Positions 48,040-59,728 of a stretch of 64,000 bases of DNA are shown piece after piece. Each line of letters begins with the position of its first letter. Within the stretch, counting starts at the first letter, position 1. Below the pieces are notes generated by a model. The model had not been told where the DNA came from. It was given only the letters and a program-made list of their open reading frames with translations, and made no database searches. The position numbers and the translations under genes were made by a program. The stretch covers positions 1-64,000 of the forward strand of contig NIVC01001346.1 of assembly GCA_002269645.1 (NCBI GenBank), read 5' to 3'. This stretch comes from Macrostomum lignano (taxonomy: Eukaryota).

Positions 48040-49655
48040 GGTTAGGAGATGGATGGATGAGAGAATGGAATGGGAGAGGGAGGCTGGGAGAGGGTGATTG
48101 GATGAGGAATACTGGGAGAGGGGACTGGGAGAGGGTGTCTGGGAGAGGGGAATGGGAGAGGGTGTCTGGGAGAGGGGAATGGGAGAGGGTGACTGGGAGA
48201 GGGGAATGGGAGAGAGTGACTCGGAGAGGGGAATAGGAAAGAGTGACTTGGAGAGGGGAATGGGAGAGGGTGACTGGGAGAGGGGAATGGGAGATAGTGA
48301 CTTGGAGAGGGGAATGGGAGAGTGACTTGGAGAGGGGAATGGGAGAGAGTGACTCGGAGAGGGGAATAGGAGAGAGTGACTTGGAGAGGGGAATGGGAGA
48401 GGGTGACTGGGAGAGGGGAATGGGAGAGGGTGACTGGGAGAGGGGAATGGGAGAGGGTGACTGGGAGAGGGGAATGGGAGAGGGTGACTGGGAGAGGGGA
48501 ATGGGAGATAGTGACTTGGAGAGGGGAATGGGAGATAGTGACTCGGAGAGGGGAATGGGAGAGGGTGACTGGGAGAGGGGAATGGGAGAGGGTGTCTGGG
48601 AGAGGGGAATGGGAGAGGGTGACTGGGAGAGGGGAATGGGAGAGAGTGACTCGGAGAGGGGAATAGGAGAGAGTGACTTGGAGAGGGGAATGGGAGAGGG
48701 TGACTGGGAGAGGGGAATGGGAGAGAGTGACTTGGAGAGGGGAATGGGAGAGAGTGACTTGGAGAGGGGAATGGGAGAGAGTGACTCGGAGAGGGGAATA
48801 GGAGAGAGTGACTTGGAGAGGGGAATGGGAGAGGGTGACTGGGAGAGGGGAATGGGAGAGGGTGACTGGGAGAGGGGAATGGGAGAGGGTGACTGGGAGA
48901 GGGGAATGGGAGAGGGTGACTGGGAGAGGGGAATGGGAGATAGTGACTCGGAGAGGGGAATGGGAGAGGGTGACTGGGAGAGAGGAATGGGAGAGGGTGA
49001 CTGGGAGAGGGGAATGGGAGATAGTGACTCGGAGAGGGGAATAGGAGAGGGTGACTGGGAGAGAGGAATGGGAGAGGGTGACTGGGAGAGAGGAATGGGA
49101 GAGGGTGACTGGGAGAGGGGAATGGGAGAGGGTGACTGGGAGAGGGGAATGGGAGAGGGTGACTGGGAGAGGGGAATGGGAGAGGGTGACTGGGAGAGGG
49201 AGACTGGAGGAGGGTGACTGGGAGAGGTTGACTGGGAGAGGGAGACTGGAGGAGGGAGACTGGATGAGGGAGACGGAGAGGGAGACTGGGAGAGGGGAAT
49301 GGGAGAGGGAGGACGGGGAGGGAGACTGCATGGAGATTGGGAAAGGGAGATTGAAAGAGGTAGACTGGAAGTGGGAGATTGGGAGAGGAAGATTGGAAAA
49401 GGGGAATAGGATAGGGAGACTGGGAGAGGGAGACTGGGAGAGGGGAATGTGAGAGGGAGACTGGGAGAGGGGAATAGGAGAGGGAGACTGGGAGAGGAAG
49501 ACTGGGAGAGGGGAATAGGAGAGGGAGACTGGGAGAGGAAGACTGGGAGAGGGGAATAGGAGAGGGAGACTGGGAGAGGAAGACTGGGAGAGGGGAATAG
49601 GAGAGGGAGACTGGGAGAGGGAGATTTGGAAAGGGGAATAGGAGAGCGGGACTGG
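48040..49655. repeat. 27-bp purine/G-rich minisatellite (GGGAGAGGGGAATGGGAGAGGGTGACT), XPR1 intron 3
   Basis: Direct reading. Confidence 0.95.
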
Positions 49656-49681
49656 GTGTGGGAGAAGGAGTAATATCTTAC

Positions 49682-50130
49682 CTTATCATGTTTCTTAAGT
49701 ATCTTTCTAAATCCGGTGAAATTCAATGCCTGATAGTTCTGCAACAGAATGAGGTTCAAATAGAACTCCTGGAAGGCCAATTTGATCTCTTGGAGTTTGC
49801 GAACCCGGCCGCGGTGCTTCTTCATGTCGCGGTACCGGCGAATCATGGCGCCTGGCAGCACAGCGTCGACGCCGTTAGCCTGGAGCTTCTGAGTTGCCAG
49901 CTGCTGCTTGAACTGTTTGTACTCGGCCAGCTCCTGCTCCAAGTCTTTTAACCGGCGCTTGGCCTCCGCTACTTTCTCTTCAAAGAAGTCGTTGATTTTG
50001 ATAAGCTCGTCGTTGCACACGTTGTAGAATTCTTCGTCTTTGGATATGAAGTAGGCTTGGCGGGTTTCCTCATCTGGGAGTGCATGAGTGAAAGGTTGAT
50101 ACTTTGAAGGTAGTTTTATATGACACAACT
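49682..50130 (-). CDS. XPR1: XPR1 exon 3 (SPX domain)
   Basis: ELIKINDFFEEK...IKLAFQEFYLNLILLQNYQALNFTGFRKILKKHDK, then GTAAGA donor. Confidence 0.93.
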
Positions 50131-50163
50131 CTGTAAAATTATGACAGACAATAACTACTTTAC

Positions 50164-50215
50164 CTATTTCTTCGGAAATTTCATTTGCACACTTGTATAG
50201 AAATTCCTTGAGATC
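50164..50215 (-). CDS. XPR1: XPR1 exon 2
   Basis: DLKEFLYKCANEISEEI. TTCAG acceptor and phase-1 GTAAAG donor. Confidence 0.8.
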
Positions 50216-50293
50216 CTGAAACCAATTAAATTTAATATTAAAAAGCTAAGTTATAGTAATAATAAAAAAATCAGAAGCTTAAATAAAACTTAC

Positions 50294-50362
50294 ATCATAT
50301 TTTATATATTGAGTTCGCCACTCTGGTGTAAGGTGAGCTTGGAGATGTTCAGCAAATTTCAT
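50294..50362 (-). CDS. XPR1: XPR1 exon 1 (coding start)
   Basis: [23 protein letters not shown] matches the XPR1 N-terminus; GTAAGT donor. The nine exons sum to 2538 nt (845 aa plus stop). Confidence 0.93.
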
Positions 50363-53300
50363 AGTGCCAATAATATCTGGAATAAAAAATAAAACAAAAT
50401 TCATATAATGATTATAAATAATAAATATTTATAATTGAATATAGAGCAATTAAGATGAATCAAAGCAAAATGTACAATTAAAATAAAGATCCAATAAAGT
50501 AGCTTTTGATTTTCTCCTGATTGACCATGACCTATTCCATTGTGTTCTTTTTAGAAAATATACTAAATGGCTCAAAATTATTGTAATAATGTACTGTAGT
50601 TAAAAGAAATTTATAATTACTTTTTCTTATCACTTATCCCTCCCTAAATTCTTGACATGAATATAACCATAAAAAATACATAACCTTTTAGAGATACCTT
50701 TATGATAGATTGAAACAAATATGCAATGCTAATTTAAAAAATAAATAGCTATGGTTGGCATATGCTAGTGCCTAATACTAAATAAATTTAGGAATGGATT
50801 TGAAAAAATATATATTCTATGGGTAAATTAAAACAAAAAATTCATTTCGAATTCAACAAATTATGCATGACAAACCAACAAATCAGTGTCAGTTGCCAGT
50901 AAGCAGCAATTTTCTTGATTTTTTGTATTTAAGATGCAAGACTATAATATGTTAAAGCTATATTTTTTTTAAAACTTTAGCTAAACATTTTGCTCTTAAA
51001 AATGTCAACTTTGTTAGTCACTAAAAGGATGTCAGAACAGGATCATAAAAGAGACAGTTTCTACCACTTAGAATTTTGTGGTAAATATCCTATGACTCGA
51101 CCATATTTTTGCCATTAACATAGCATAGCCCCATAGGCTAATTTCATCTCTTTAAAAGAACAATAGCTAACAGGATTAATTCTACTAACTCTTTAAAAAT
51201 ATCATCTTTTTAAAATTTTTACCTGCATAAGAAAGAATTTAGAACAAACATTATCAGATCGTTTCTGTCCATTTTACCGTTTTATAAAAGTTCCCCGCAG
51301 ACTGTCATGGAAAGCTAGACGTTTTTTAAACAATAGCACTCTATTTTCACGCTAAAATAAAACAAAGGAACATCCATCGAAATAGGTGATTCGATTTGAA
51401 GTCTGTGTCCCGCATTGAAAAACAAACTGCATTTTTATTACACAACTTTCTTGCTTGTGCAAAGACTACTTTCTTACATGTTAAAATCGTACGGATGTAT
51501 ATTATTCTATACTATTCTACATCAGACATACATATAACATAACTGTTATCTATCATACTAAATTACAGTATTTTATTTGTTCGATTTGTTTCTAAGCTTA
51601 TTAAAATTCATAGTATTAAATACACGTACAATGAGAGCGAGAAATGCTTGCCGACGAATTCACCGAACTTTGCCACCATGAAGATTTGTCGCGATAGATT
51701 TTTTTCGTGTTTTTTCGCCGGAGTTTTACAAGCGGAAATTTTTCTCCGGAGAGATTTTCCGAACGGAATATCTTCCATAGAAATTAGTGCGAATAGAATA
51801 GCGATAGCTGGAAGTCTATGTGAGGTATTCGGTATATGGTAGGAAAATCTTCAGACAAATAAGTTTTGTATCGACGTACGAGTGAATCAGGGATCCTACA
51901 ATTATCGACCTAATTGTTTGAGCTATTTTTGAGGCTAATTATTTAGATATCTTGCAATTCGGATCAGCTAACTTACTGCGTGTGCTACTACATTTAAGTT
52001 GAATCGGTTGATGGGTAATTAATTCTACTGAAAATTCGAAGCCATTTCTATATGGTTTTTTCCATTGAAAATGTCAAGCAGCCTATGTACAGTATCAGGC
52101 TATCAGCTAGACATTCCTGCATGTTATCCTAAATTAAACCAGCTAATACACTCAATAAAATGCGCTTTTAGAAGAATTTAGCCAAGTTTTTCTTTTCAAA
52201 ATATAGAACTGAAAAGTCAAAATAGAAACTAAAGTTTTTGCTGCTCTGCAGGCTAGCTGAGCGGTGCAGTAAAAGTGGATCCCATATAGCAACGGAATAG
52301 CGAATTGCTGCCTGCCACCCGAAACGCAGTCAAGCGCGTCAAGAGATTCCAATTTCAAGCAAGTAGCCCAACTAAAATCCAGTGAGAATTGCGCGCATTT
52401 TTTCAACACTGCAATGCTTTCAGTCCCTGTTAGCTTGCAACATTTCTCCTTAGTTACATATCGCTGTGCAGACAGAAATAAGAAATTCGTGGCTCTGGTC
52501 GCCCGTGACGATTTTCATTAACAGTTGCAAAGTAAAGCTGCTACAGGTGGCTTCCAGATGCACTTAGTAGAATGCTTCATATAATATAACGAATTCTTCC
52601 GCATGGAAAGAAGAAACGAGAAAGGAGAGGTAAGGGATCGAATAATAGCCCTCTGATTTTCCCATTAACGCCCTTAAAGCATGGGTATTACTATTATTGT
52701 GCCATAGACATTTGTTTCCTTGACAAAGTGGGACAGAAAATACGAGTAGAAAGGGGGTGTGGGGGCGAAGCCCCACCAAAAGCCATAGACAAAACACGAA
52801 ATAAGATTTTTTGCTGTAGTAGCTGTAGCTGATGAATTGGAATTTGTAACTCATCAATCTGCTGGACGCAGCCATGAATCGGCTGTCTCACAATACGACG
52901 GACTTCCGACGGAGGCAAGAATAAGTGCCCAGCGGGCACAAAGGTCATGGTACAATCAAGAAGAGACGAAACAAGAGGAGGGATGAATTATGAGGGGGAG
53001 AGGGAAGGGAGAGAGGAAGGGAGAGGGGAAGGGAGTAGAGGAGAGAAGGGAGAGGAGAGAGGGGAGAAGGGAGAGGAGAGAAGAGAAGAGAAGGAGATGA
53101 GATTAGATTGAGACGAGAGAAAAGAGAAAAAAGGATATTTGAGAAGAGAGCTGAGAAGAGCGACAAGCCCTGAGCGAGCCAGATTGCTATTGTGAAGTTC
53201 CAAAGGACCGAGGGCCGGATAGAGAGAGGATTTGTGGGTCGTATTTGACCCGCGGGCCCGAGTTTGCAGACCCTGGTCTATGGTAAAACCCTTGTCAAAC

Positions 53301-53625
53301 TTTATTCAAAAAGCTAGATCTTTCCCCGTGCAATGAGAGCACGGCTGTACTTTGACCAGATCAGATCGAATTTATTTGATTTGGTAGATGCTAAAAGCTG
53401 CAATTGAGAAATAAAACAGATGGACAAATTGAAGCGCAACTGCAGCAGATATTCCGAATGCCAAATAAGGAAGTTTCTGTAGCCCATCTATGAAAAAATT
53501 GCAAGAGGTTAATTCTGAAGTAATAAACTGTACAAGGTAGAATTTAGACTTTCTTCTTTGAGGTACTCATAACTGTCTGCTCTATATGCTTGAAAATTAC
53601 ACAAGTTCCATATTTGATGGTCGCC

Positions 53626-53923
53626 TCAGTGCCGACTGGCAGTGGAACTCTTCCGACTGGCAGTGGAACTCTTCCGACTGGCAGTGGAACTCTTCCGACT
53701 GCCTTCGGAAAAGGGGACCACGATGGTGGGCAGGTGGGCATGATGCAGCACATAGTCCGACACGCTGCCAAGGATGGTGCGCCTCAGCGTACCGTGGCCC
53801 CGGCTGCCCAGCAAGATGAGATCCACGGACTCGTCTTTGGCGACATCAACAATGACCGGTCCGGCCTGACTGCTTAGCTTCTCAACGAACTTTGTGGCAT
53901 TGTGGAGGCCAAGCCGCTGGCAC
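53626..53923 (-). CDS. Universal stress protein A-like paralogue 2, exon 2
   Basis: CQRLGLHNATKFVEK...DLILLGSRGHGTLRRTILGSVSDYVLHHA (G-x2-G-x9-GS motif). C-terminal RKSSTAS x3 comes from a 21-bp repeat. Confidence 0.9.
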
Positions 53924-54330
53924 CTGGGTAAATCGAATATTTGGAAGGTTCGAATCTTTTAATTTAAACAATATTTTGCGTAGCGTCAATCTATCGATTT
54001 CTATAAATTTCTATAAATCTTGTCCGTTAGATTAATCTTGAAGGCATCACTGACCTGAATGTGCTATTCTATTCTAGTTTCTTGAATGAGTGCCGATATG
54101 TAGCGTAATAAACCTTTCAGAGGGCAATTTTGAATGCAGGAGAAATCATATACTTGGATCGAGTTTTCTACCTGAGCACCTTGATTACCAGCTTGGAATT
54201 ATGTAGTTTTCAGACCTACTGACAGCGTATTTCTATTGTTTGTCTAATTCTTAGACTCTGAATGAACGACGATATGTAGCGTAGTAAACTATTCAGAGCG
54301 CAATTATGCATGCCATTATCATATAGCCAC

Positions 54331-54575
54331 CTGGATCGAATTCGTTGTCCGAGCTCTTTGCCCCGCTCCACGGCCTCGCGCATCATGCCGGCGTAGGCCT
54401 CGGTCTCGGCCAGCAGGCTGGCGCCGGTGCCCCTCAGCAGGCTGGGCGGCTCGGCGGCGTAAGCGAAAATCAGCTGATCCGATTCTCTGTGCGCAGTCTG
54501 GGCGTAGTAGCTCAACGCCATGAAGCTGTTCTCGCTGCCGTCTATGGCGATGAGGACTCGGCGGTGAGTGGACAT
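54331..54575 (-). CDS. Universal stress protein A-like paralogue 2, exon 1
   Basis: MSTHRRVLIAIDGSENSFMAL... with a phase-2 GTGGCT donor joining exon 2 in frame. Confidence 0.88.
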
Positions 54576-55435
54576 GTCAGCGAGTTGAGCAATTCAAAGC
54601 TAAAGCAGTTCGACCCGAGAAACCTGTTGCACGTTTTCTCCACTTAATTTTCGCCGCTTTTATCTTCTTATTTTTCAGTGTTCTTTTGCCACAATCTGCC
54701 GCTTATCTGTCTGCTGCAACACTTTCCTGCTGTCGCGCACAATGGTTCGATTGGGTGGCTTGACTGGGGCGGTTTTCTACAAAATGAAAAAAAGTTTGAC
54801 AACTTCGTCGCACGTGGTCGTTAAGTATTTTTTGTAGTTCATTTTTACCACCTTCAGAGCGAAATTTGAATTGCAGAATAGTAGCGCTGCTTTGGGAAGC
54901 TCGACTTTTTTTGGAAATTTATTTGCATACTGATTTCTTATCAGCAGCCTTGGGTGACGAATTATGCATGTATTTTATTTTGTTTAAACTGGAAAAACAG
55001 CAGTGTGTCATTGGGAAAGTGCGAAGTGACTAAGACTGTTGATTGACTAACTATGTAAGCATTGGACAGGAAATTTGAGGTCAAACACGAATAAATATTA
55101 TTGCTTTAGTTTAATCTTGGTATTCAGTTATAAACAATAATTGAGAAGAAATACGTTTAAATTTTGCATCGAAAATGGCTTCATTGGTGTAAATCAACAG
55201 TTACCTGTATTGATTTTGTATTTAGTATTGTTAGTATTATATACTAAACTATAACTACTGTAGATTTGATTAATATATACGAGTATTTCAAATCATAGCT
55301 TGTATCACGATTGATTAAATTTTTATTACGGGTGAACTGATTAAACTCTAGGGAATACGAGCGCACAGTGAATTGTATTGATATATTGTCAGGCTGTTGC
55401 TAGGATGGTTGCTAGGGCCGTTGCTAGAACCGTTG

Positions 55436-55897
55436 CTAGGCAGCCCTCACAGGCGGCACCACAGCAACCGCCCGATGCGCGTGATGCAGCACATAGTCGG
55501 ACACGCTGCCAAGAAAAGTGCGGCGCAGCTTCCCTAGGCCGCGGTTCCCCATCACGATGAGATCAACTCGCTCCTCGTTGGCCGCTTCAACAATAGCGGC
55601 GCCAGGCGAGCTGGACACTTTCTCGACGAACTGCAGCTCGTTGCGAATGCCAAGACTGGCGCAGCGCTGGCGCACGCCGTCAACAATGTCCCTGCCGGCC
55701 TGCATGGCTTCGCTCATCCGATCCGAGAAGTATTTTGGCGCCTCGGCCGGCGTCAGGCTGGAGCTTCGAGCGACTCGCGGCTCCACCACCATGACGACTA
55801 GAATGAGATCCTCCGGCGACAGCAGGTTGGCGGCCAGCCAGTCCAGGGCTCGATCGCTGTGCTCGCTGCCGTCCATAGCAACCATTATTCGGCACAT
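55436..55897 (-). CDS. Universal stress protein A-like paralogue 1, intronless (153 aa)
   Basis: IMVAMDGSEHS...VDLIVMGNRGLGKLRRTFLGSVSDYVLHHAHRAVAVVP. Confidence 0.93.
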   Translation of the reverse strand: MCRIMVAMDGSEHSDRALDWLAANLLSPEDLILVVMVVEPRVARSSSLTPAEAPKYFSDRMSEAMQAGRDIVDGVRQRCASLGIRNELQFVEKVSSSPGAAIVEAANEERVDLIVMGNRGLGKLRRTFLGSVSDYVLHHAHRAVAVVPPVRAA

Positions 55898-56149
55898 TGT
55901 TTAGCGAATTTTGCGTCCCAAGAAACTGTTTTTTGCAGCTGTTCGTTAACCAGATTTCTAGCGCCGCTCGAGTCAACTGGCTCTCTTAACCCCCTCTCAG
56001 TCTTGCTCTCTGCCGCTTGAACACTGTTCCTTTGGCTCGGGACAGTCAAGTTCCATTTGGTAATTGGCTGCTTAGCTAATAGCTGACGCCCACTTCTGGG
56101 CTTGACTCGATTCTGCTACTGGGGGGGGGGTAAGAAAACGGCGCTCTCA

Positions 56150-56480
56150 AAAAGAAAATGGCACTGTCATACAAAAAATGGCACAATCATACAGAAAATG
56201 GCACCGTAATAAAGAAAATGGCTCTATCATATAGAAAATGGCAACCGTCATGAAAGCAAATGGCACAATCATGCAGAAAATGGCATCGTAATGAGGAAAA
56301 TGGCACCATCATACAGAAAATAGTACCGTCTAATAAAATGGCACAATCATACAGAAAATGGCACAATCACTAAAAATGGCACAATCACCGTCATACAAAA
56401 AATGGAACCATCATTAGGAAAATGGCACCGTCGTACACAAAATGGCATCATCATACAGAAAACGACGCCATCATTCCGAC
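56150..56480. repeat. Degenerate ~20-bp repeat (AAAATGGCACAATCATACAG)
   Basis: Direct reading. Confidence 0.85.
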
Positions 56481-57223
56481 AGTGGCACTACGTGAAACGA
56501 CAGTGAAACGACGCCCTCATAATTGAAGAATCCTTGCTAGGCTCATAAAATAAAACGGTGCTAGTTCTCATCGAAACGAATTAATTAGATTAGCTAAATA
56601 AGTAAATCTTAGAAAAGTTTCCTGGATAGAAGAAGACTTCATGCGGCTTGTACACCTCATGTCTGTGTGTTCGGACTGCACAGACAGAGGAAGCGCAAGT
56701 ACACCTGGGTTTCTATTCCCTTCCCTTCCCAGTAACTATCGAATGCAGTGGCATTTCGGTCTATATAGGATTCCTTCTCTCTGTTTCATTCAGCTGTCTA
56801 CCAAGGCCCGCCCTGATCCTGCAGTCCAGCTGCACAGCCAGGCAACCCCCTGGCAACCGCCCCGTCCTTCACGAGCCCCGCCCGACAGAGTCTGAAGGCC
56901 GCGCCATTTTAATTTGAAGATTTGCCAACCCCCTTAGTTAGGTTTCTCCGTACCTGCCTGCATTCCAGCGCACGCAGCGAACGCAGGATGTGCAGCAGGG
57001 GGAGATTCGATCGATTGGCGGCCAGGATGGCTCGGCTTGGGCCAGCAGCAGCAGCGGTGGCCGAAAGGAGAAAAGGATAAAAAAGCCCCGTGCCCGGCTG
57101 CCCAGGAAAAAGGCCGCACGACCGCTCGCGCTATTTCGACCGACCCACCAGGCAGACAGACAGCTGCTCTCTTGTCCTTCGCCCCAGCCCTCAGCATCCG
57201 TTTTTCCCCCGAATAGTTTAGAC

Positions 57224-57694
57224 ATGGCCGGACTAAGCAAAGGCGAAATCGAGGATATTCGCGAAGTTTTCGACCTATTCGACTTCTGGGACGGCCGCGA
57301 CGGCGAGGTCGACGCCGCCAAGGTGGCCGACCTGCTGCGCTGCGTCGGCATGAACCCGACCATCGCCACCTGCCTGAAGCACGGCGGCACGGAGAAGATG
57401 GGCGAGAAGGGCTACAAGTTCGAGGAGTTCCTGCCGATCTACCAGGAGGTCATGAAGGCCAAGGAGGAGGGCACCTTCGCCGATTTCATGGAGGCCTTCA
57501 AGACGTTCGACCGCGAAGGCCAGGGCTACATCTCGGCCGCCGAGCTGCGCCACGTGCTCACCAGCTACGGCGAACGGCTTGACGACAGCGACGTCGACGT
57601 GATTATGAAGTTCACCGACACGCACGAAGACCTCGACGGCAACGTCAAGTACGAGGACTTCATCAAGAAGGTGCAGGCCGGGCCGAAGGTGTAA
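57224..57694 (+). CDS. Myosin essential (alkali) light chain, 156 aa, no intron in CDS
   Basis: [31 protein letters not shown]...[24 protein letters not shown]...[12 protein letters not shown]: invertebrate ELC EF-hand signature. Confidence 0.93.
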   Translation: MAGLSKGEIEDIREVFDLFDFWDGRDGEVDAAKVADLLRCVGMNPTIATCLKHGGTEKMGEKGYKFEEFLPIYQEVMKAKEEGTFADFMEAFKTFDREGQGYISAAELRHVLTSYGERLDDSDVDVIMKFTDTHEDLDGNVKYEDFIKKVQAGPKV

Positions 57695-58433
57695 ACTTCG
57701 GCTAACTGGGCCAGTAAACTGTCCTGAAGACTCTGTCTGCGTCTGTCTGTCTTACTCTGTTTTCATGCGCATACATTTTTCTCTTCTATTACTCTGCCGC
57801 CGTTTCGCCCTGCGCAGCGGCCGCCGACCTGACGCAGCCGCCGCTACTTCTTTCGCCAGCCCCCTTCCCCTCCTAGCCGCCTGACCTTGACCGATCTTTC
57901 TCTTTTTTTCTCTGCGGAACTCCCCGGGCGCTGAGGCGAATCCATGAGTCAGTCGCTTGTTAATGGAAGAAATTTAGATTTAGAGAAAGCCCTCTGCGCC
58001 TGGGGGACACCCCGTCCCCAGCGACCCTTGTGCACTCGCGCAAAGAAGCAGCATACTGATTATTAATAAGTAGGAAATATTAACTGCTAACTTTATTACT
58101 GACGCTTTTCTAACGTTCTCCTCACCGCTTCTAATATAAATTGCACTCTAGGTTCATATAATTAAATTATAAAATAATTGCAATCGAAACTGTGTCTGTT
58201 CTTTGTCTTTAAACTTTTTTAAAATTCTTTCGCCGAGTTTTATCACCTGCTTGGAATTTTAATGTGTTTTGATGCTTTTCTATGCAACCTTCAACAAACA
58301 TGTACATAATTAGTTGAAGAGCTGATTAGTACATATCGAGGATCGAGGATATTGAAGAGCCTTCAACAGCTAGCTTGGCTTTGAGTCTGTGGGAGAGTGC
58401 AGCTTGGAGTCTCAAGCTATCCCACTTGATTGA

Positions 58434-58955
58434 TTTTATTGTCTATGGCCGAGTGCGGCAGCGAATGGCGACTCTCCACTTGATCGGCTTGATTATCAAC
58501 TTGACTAGCTTTATTGTCTATGGCCGAGTGCGGCAGCGAATGGCGACTCTCCACTTGATCGGCTTGATTATCAACTTGACTAGCTTTATTGTCTATGGCC
58601 GAGTGCGGCAGCGAATGGCGACTCTCCACTTGATCGGCTTGATTATCAACTTGACTAGCTTTATTGTCTATGGCCGAGTGCGGCAGCGAATGGCGACTCT
58701 CCACTTGATCGGCTTGATTATCAACTTGACTAGCTTTATTGTCTATGACCGAGTGCGGCAGCGAATGGCGATTCTCCACTGGATCGGCTTGATTATCAAT
58801 TTGACTAGCTTTATTGTCTATGACCGAGTGGGGCAGCGAATGGCGATTCTCCACTGGATCGGCTTGATTATCAACTTGACTAGCTTTATTGTCTATGACC
58901 GAGTGGGGCAGCGAATGGCGATTCTCCACTGGATCGGCTTGATTTTCAATTTGAC
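58434..58955. repeat. 75-bp tandem repeat, ~7 copies
   Basis: GTCTATGGCC anchor at 58441, 58516 and onward; period 75. Confidence 0.95.
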
Positions 58956-59728
58956 TTACAAAAGCAATAGACATTATAATGGATTATATATTCTTGCTCT
59001 AAGAAGTATAGCTTCTTTGCAATTAGTGTAAGCTTAGGAGCAGTTGACTTAATCCAGAGTGACAACGCTACACTCAAGACAAAAGTTTCACTGGTGAGCA
59101 AAGACTTCATTTTTGGAGCATTAACTTTGTCCGCTCATGTCTGCTCAAGGCTTACCATCGCTCTCTAACCTACGAGCCGTACAAATCAGCAACAAACTTT
59201 TTGGCCATAGACTACGGGCAGCAGTTCTCTTGAGTGTACTAGTTCTGCCTCTGTGGAGGCAAAAATGATGGAAAACGTCTGAAAGATACCCCTTCCAATG
59301 GAGGATCCTGGCTACGGCCTGGCACGACGAGTGAGAGCACTTCTCTCTACTTTTTATGACAATTTTGTAAGCTCCAACTTTTAATTGACTATTCAATCTA
59401 ACTCAGACTACACAGTGCCCATGTGAAGAAAAATATTAAATAGGCTAAGCTACATGTACAAAGCTATGTACACAAAGCGACGAAAATATCTGTACATTTG
59501 TACATGTAAAAGCTATGTTGCAGTGGTCGCACAAACGACCCTCTCGCCTCACCCCCTTCATATTTATAGCCTCAAAACTTTTTAACCTTTACTCTGATAT
59601 AATTAGCCAAAACTGAGAAATTTTTACAACCCAAACTCTGGTCAACTTGACTTATCTAATTAATAAATCAATTAGCTGGAAATGTACAGAAATCGCTGAA
59701 TTAAGCGCCACGAAATCAAAGGCAGGAC

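Noticed and set aside
43129-49452. Ser/Pro- or Gly/Glu-rich ORFs (244, 404, 429, 324 aa)
   Set aside because: Translations of 10-, 14- and 27-bp satellites.
47936-50128. 730-aa ORF as a single protein
   Set aside because: Only the SPX exon (49682-50130) is coding. The rest reads through a GT donor into the 27-bp satellite.
53190-53275. hAT-like right end ...GGGCCCGAGTTTGCAGACCCTG
   Set aside because: No partner end or TSD identified. Pairing it with 15684 would span 37 kb of host genes.
56990-57223. 78-aa N-terminal extension of the myosin light chain ORF
   Set aside because: Non-ATG start with low-complexity sequence. Homology begins at MAGLSK (57224).
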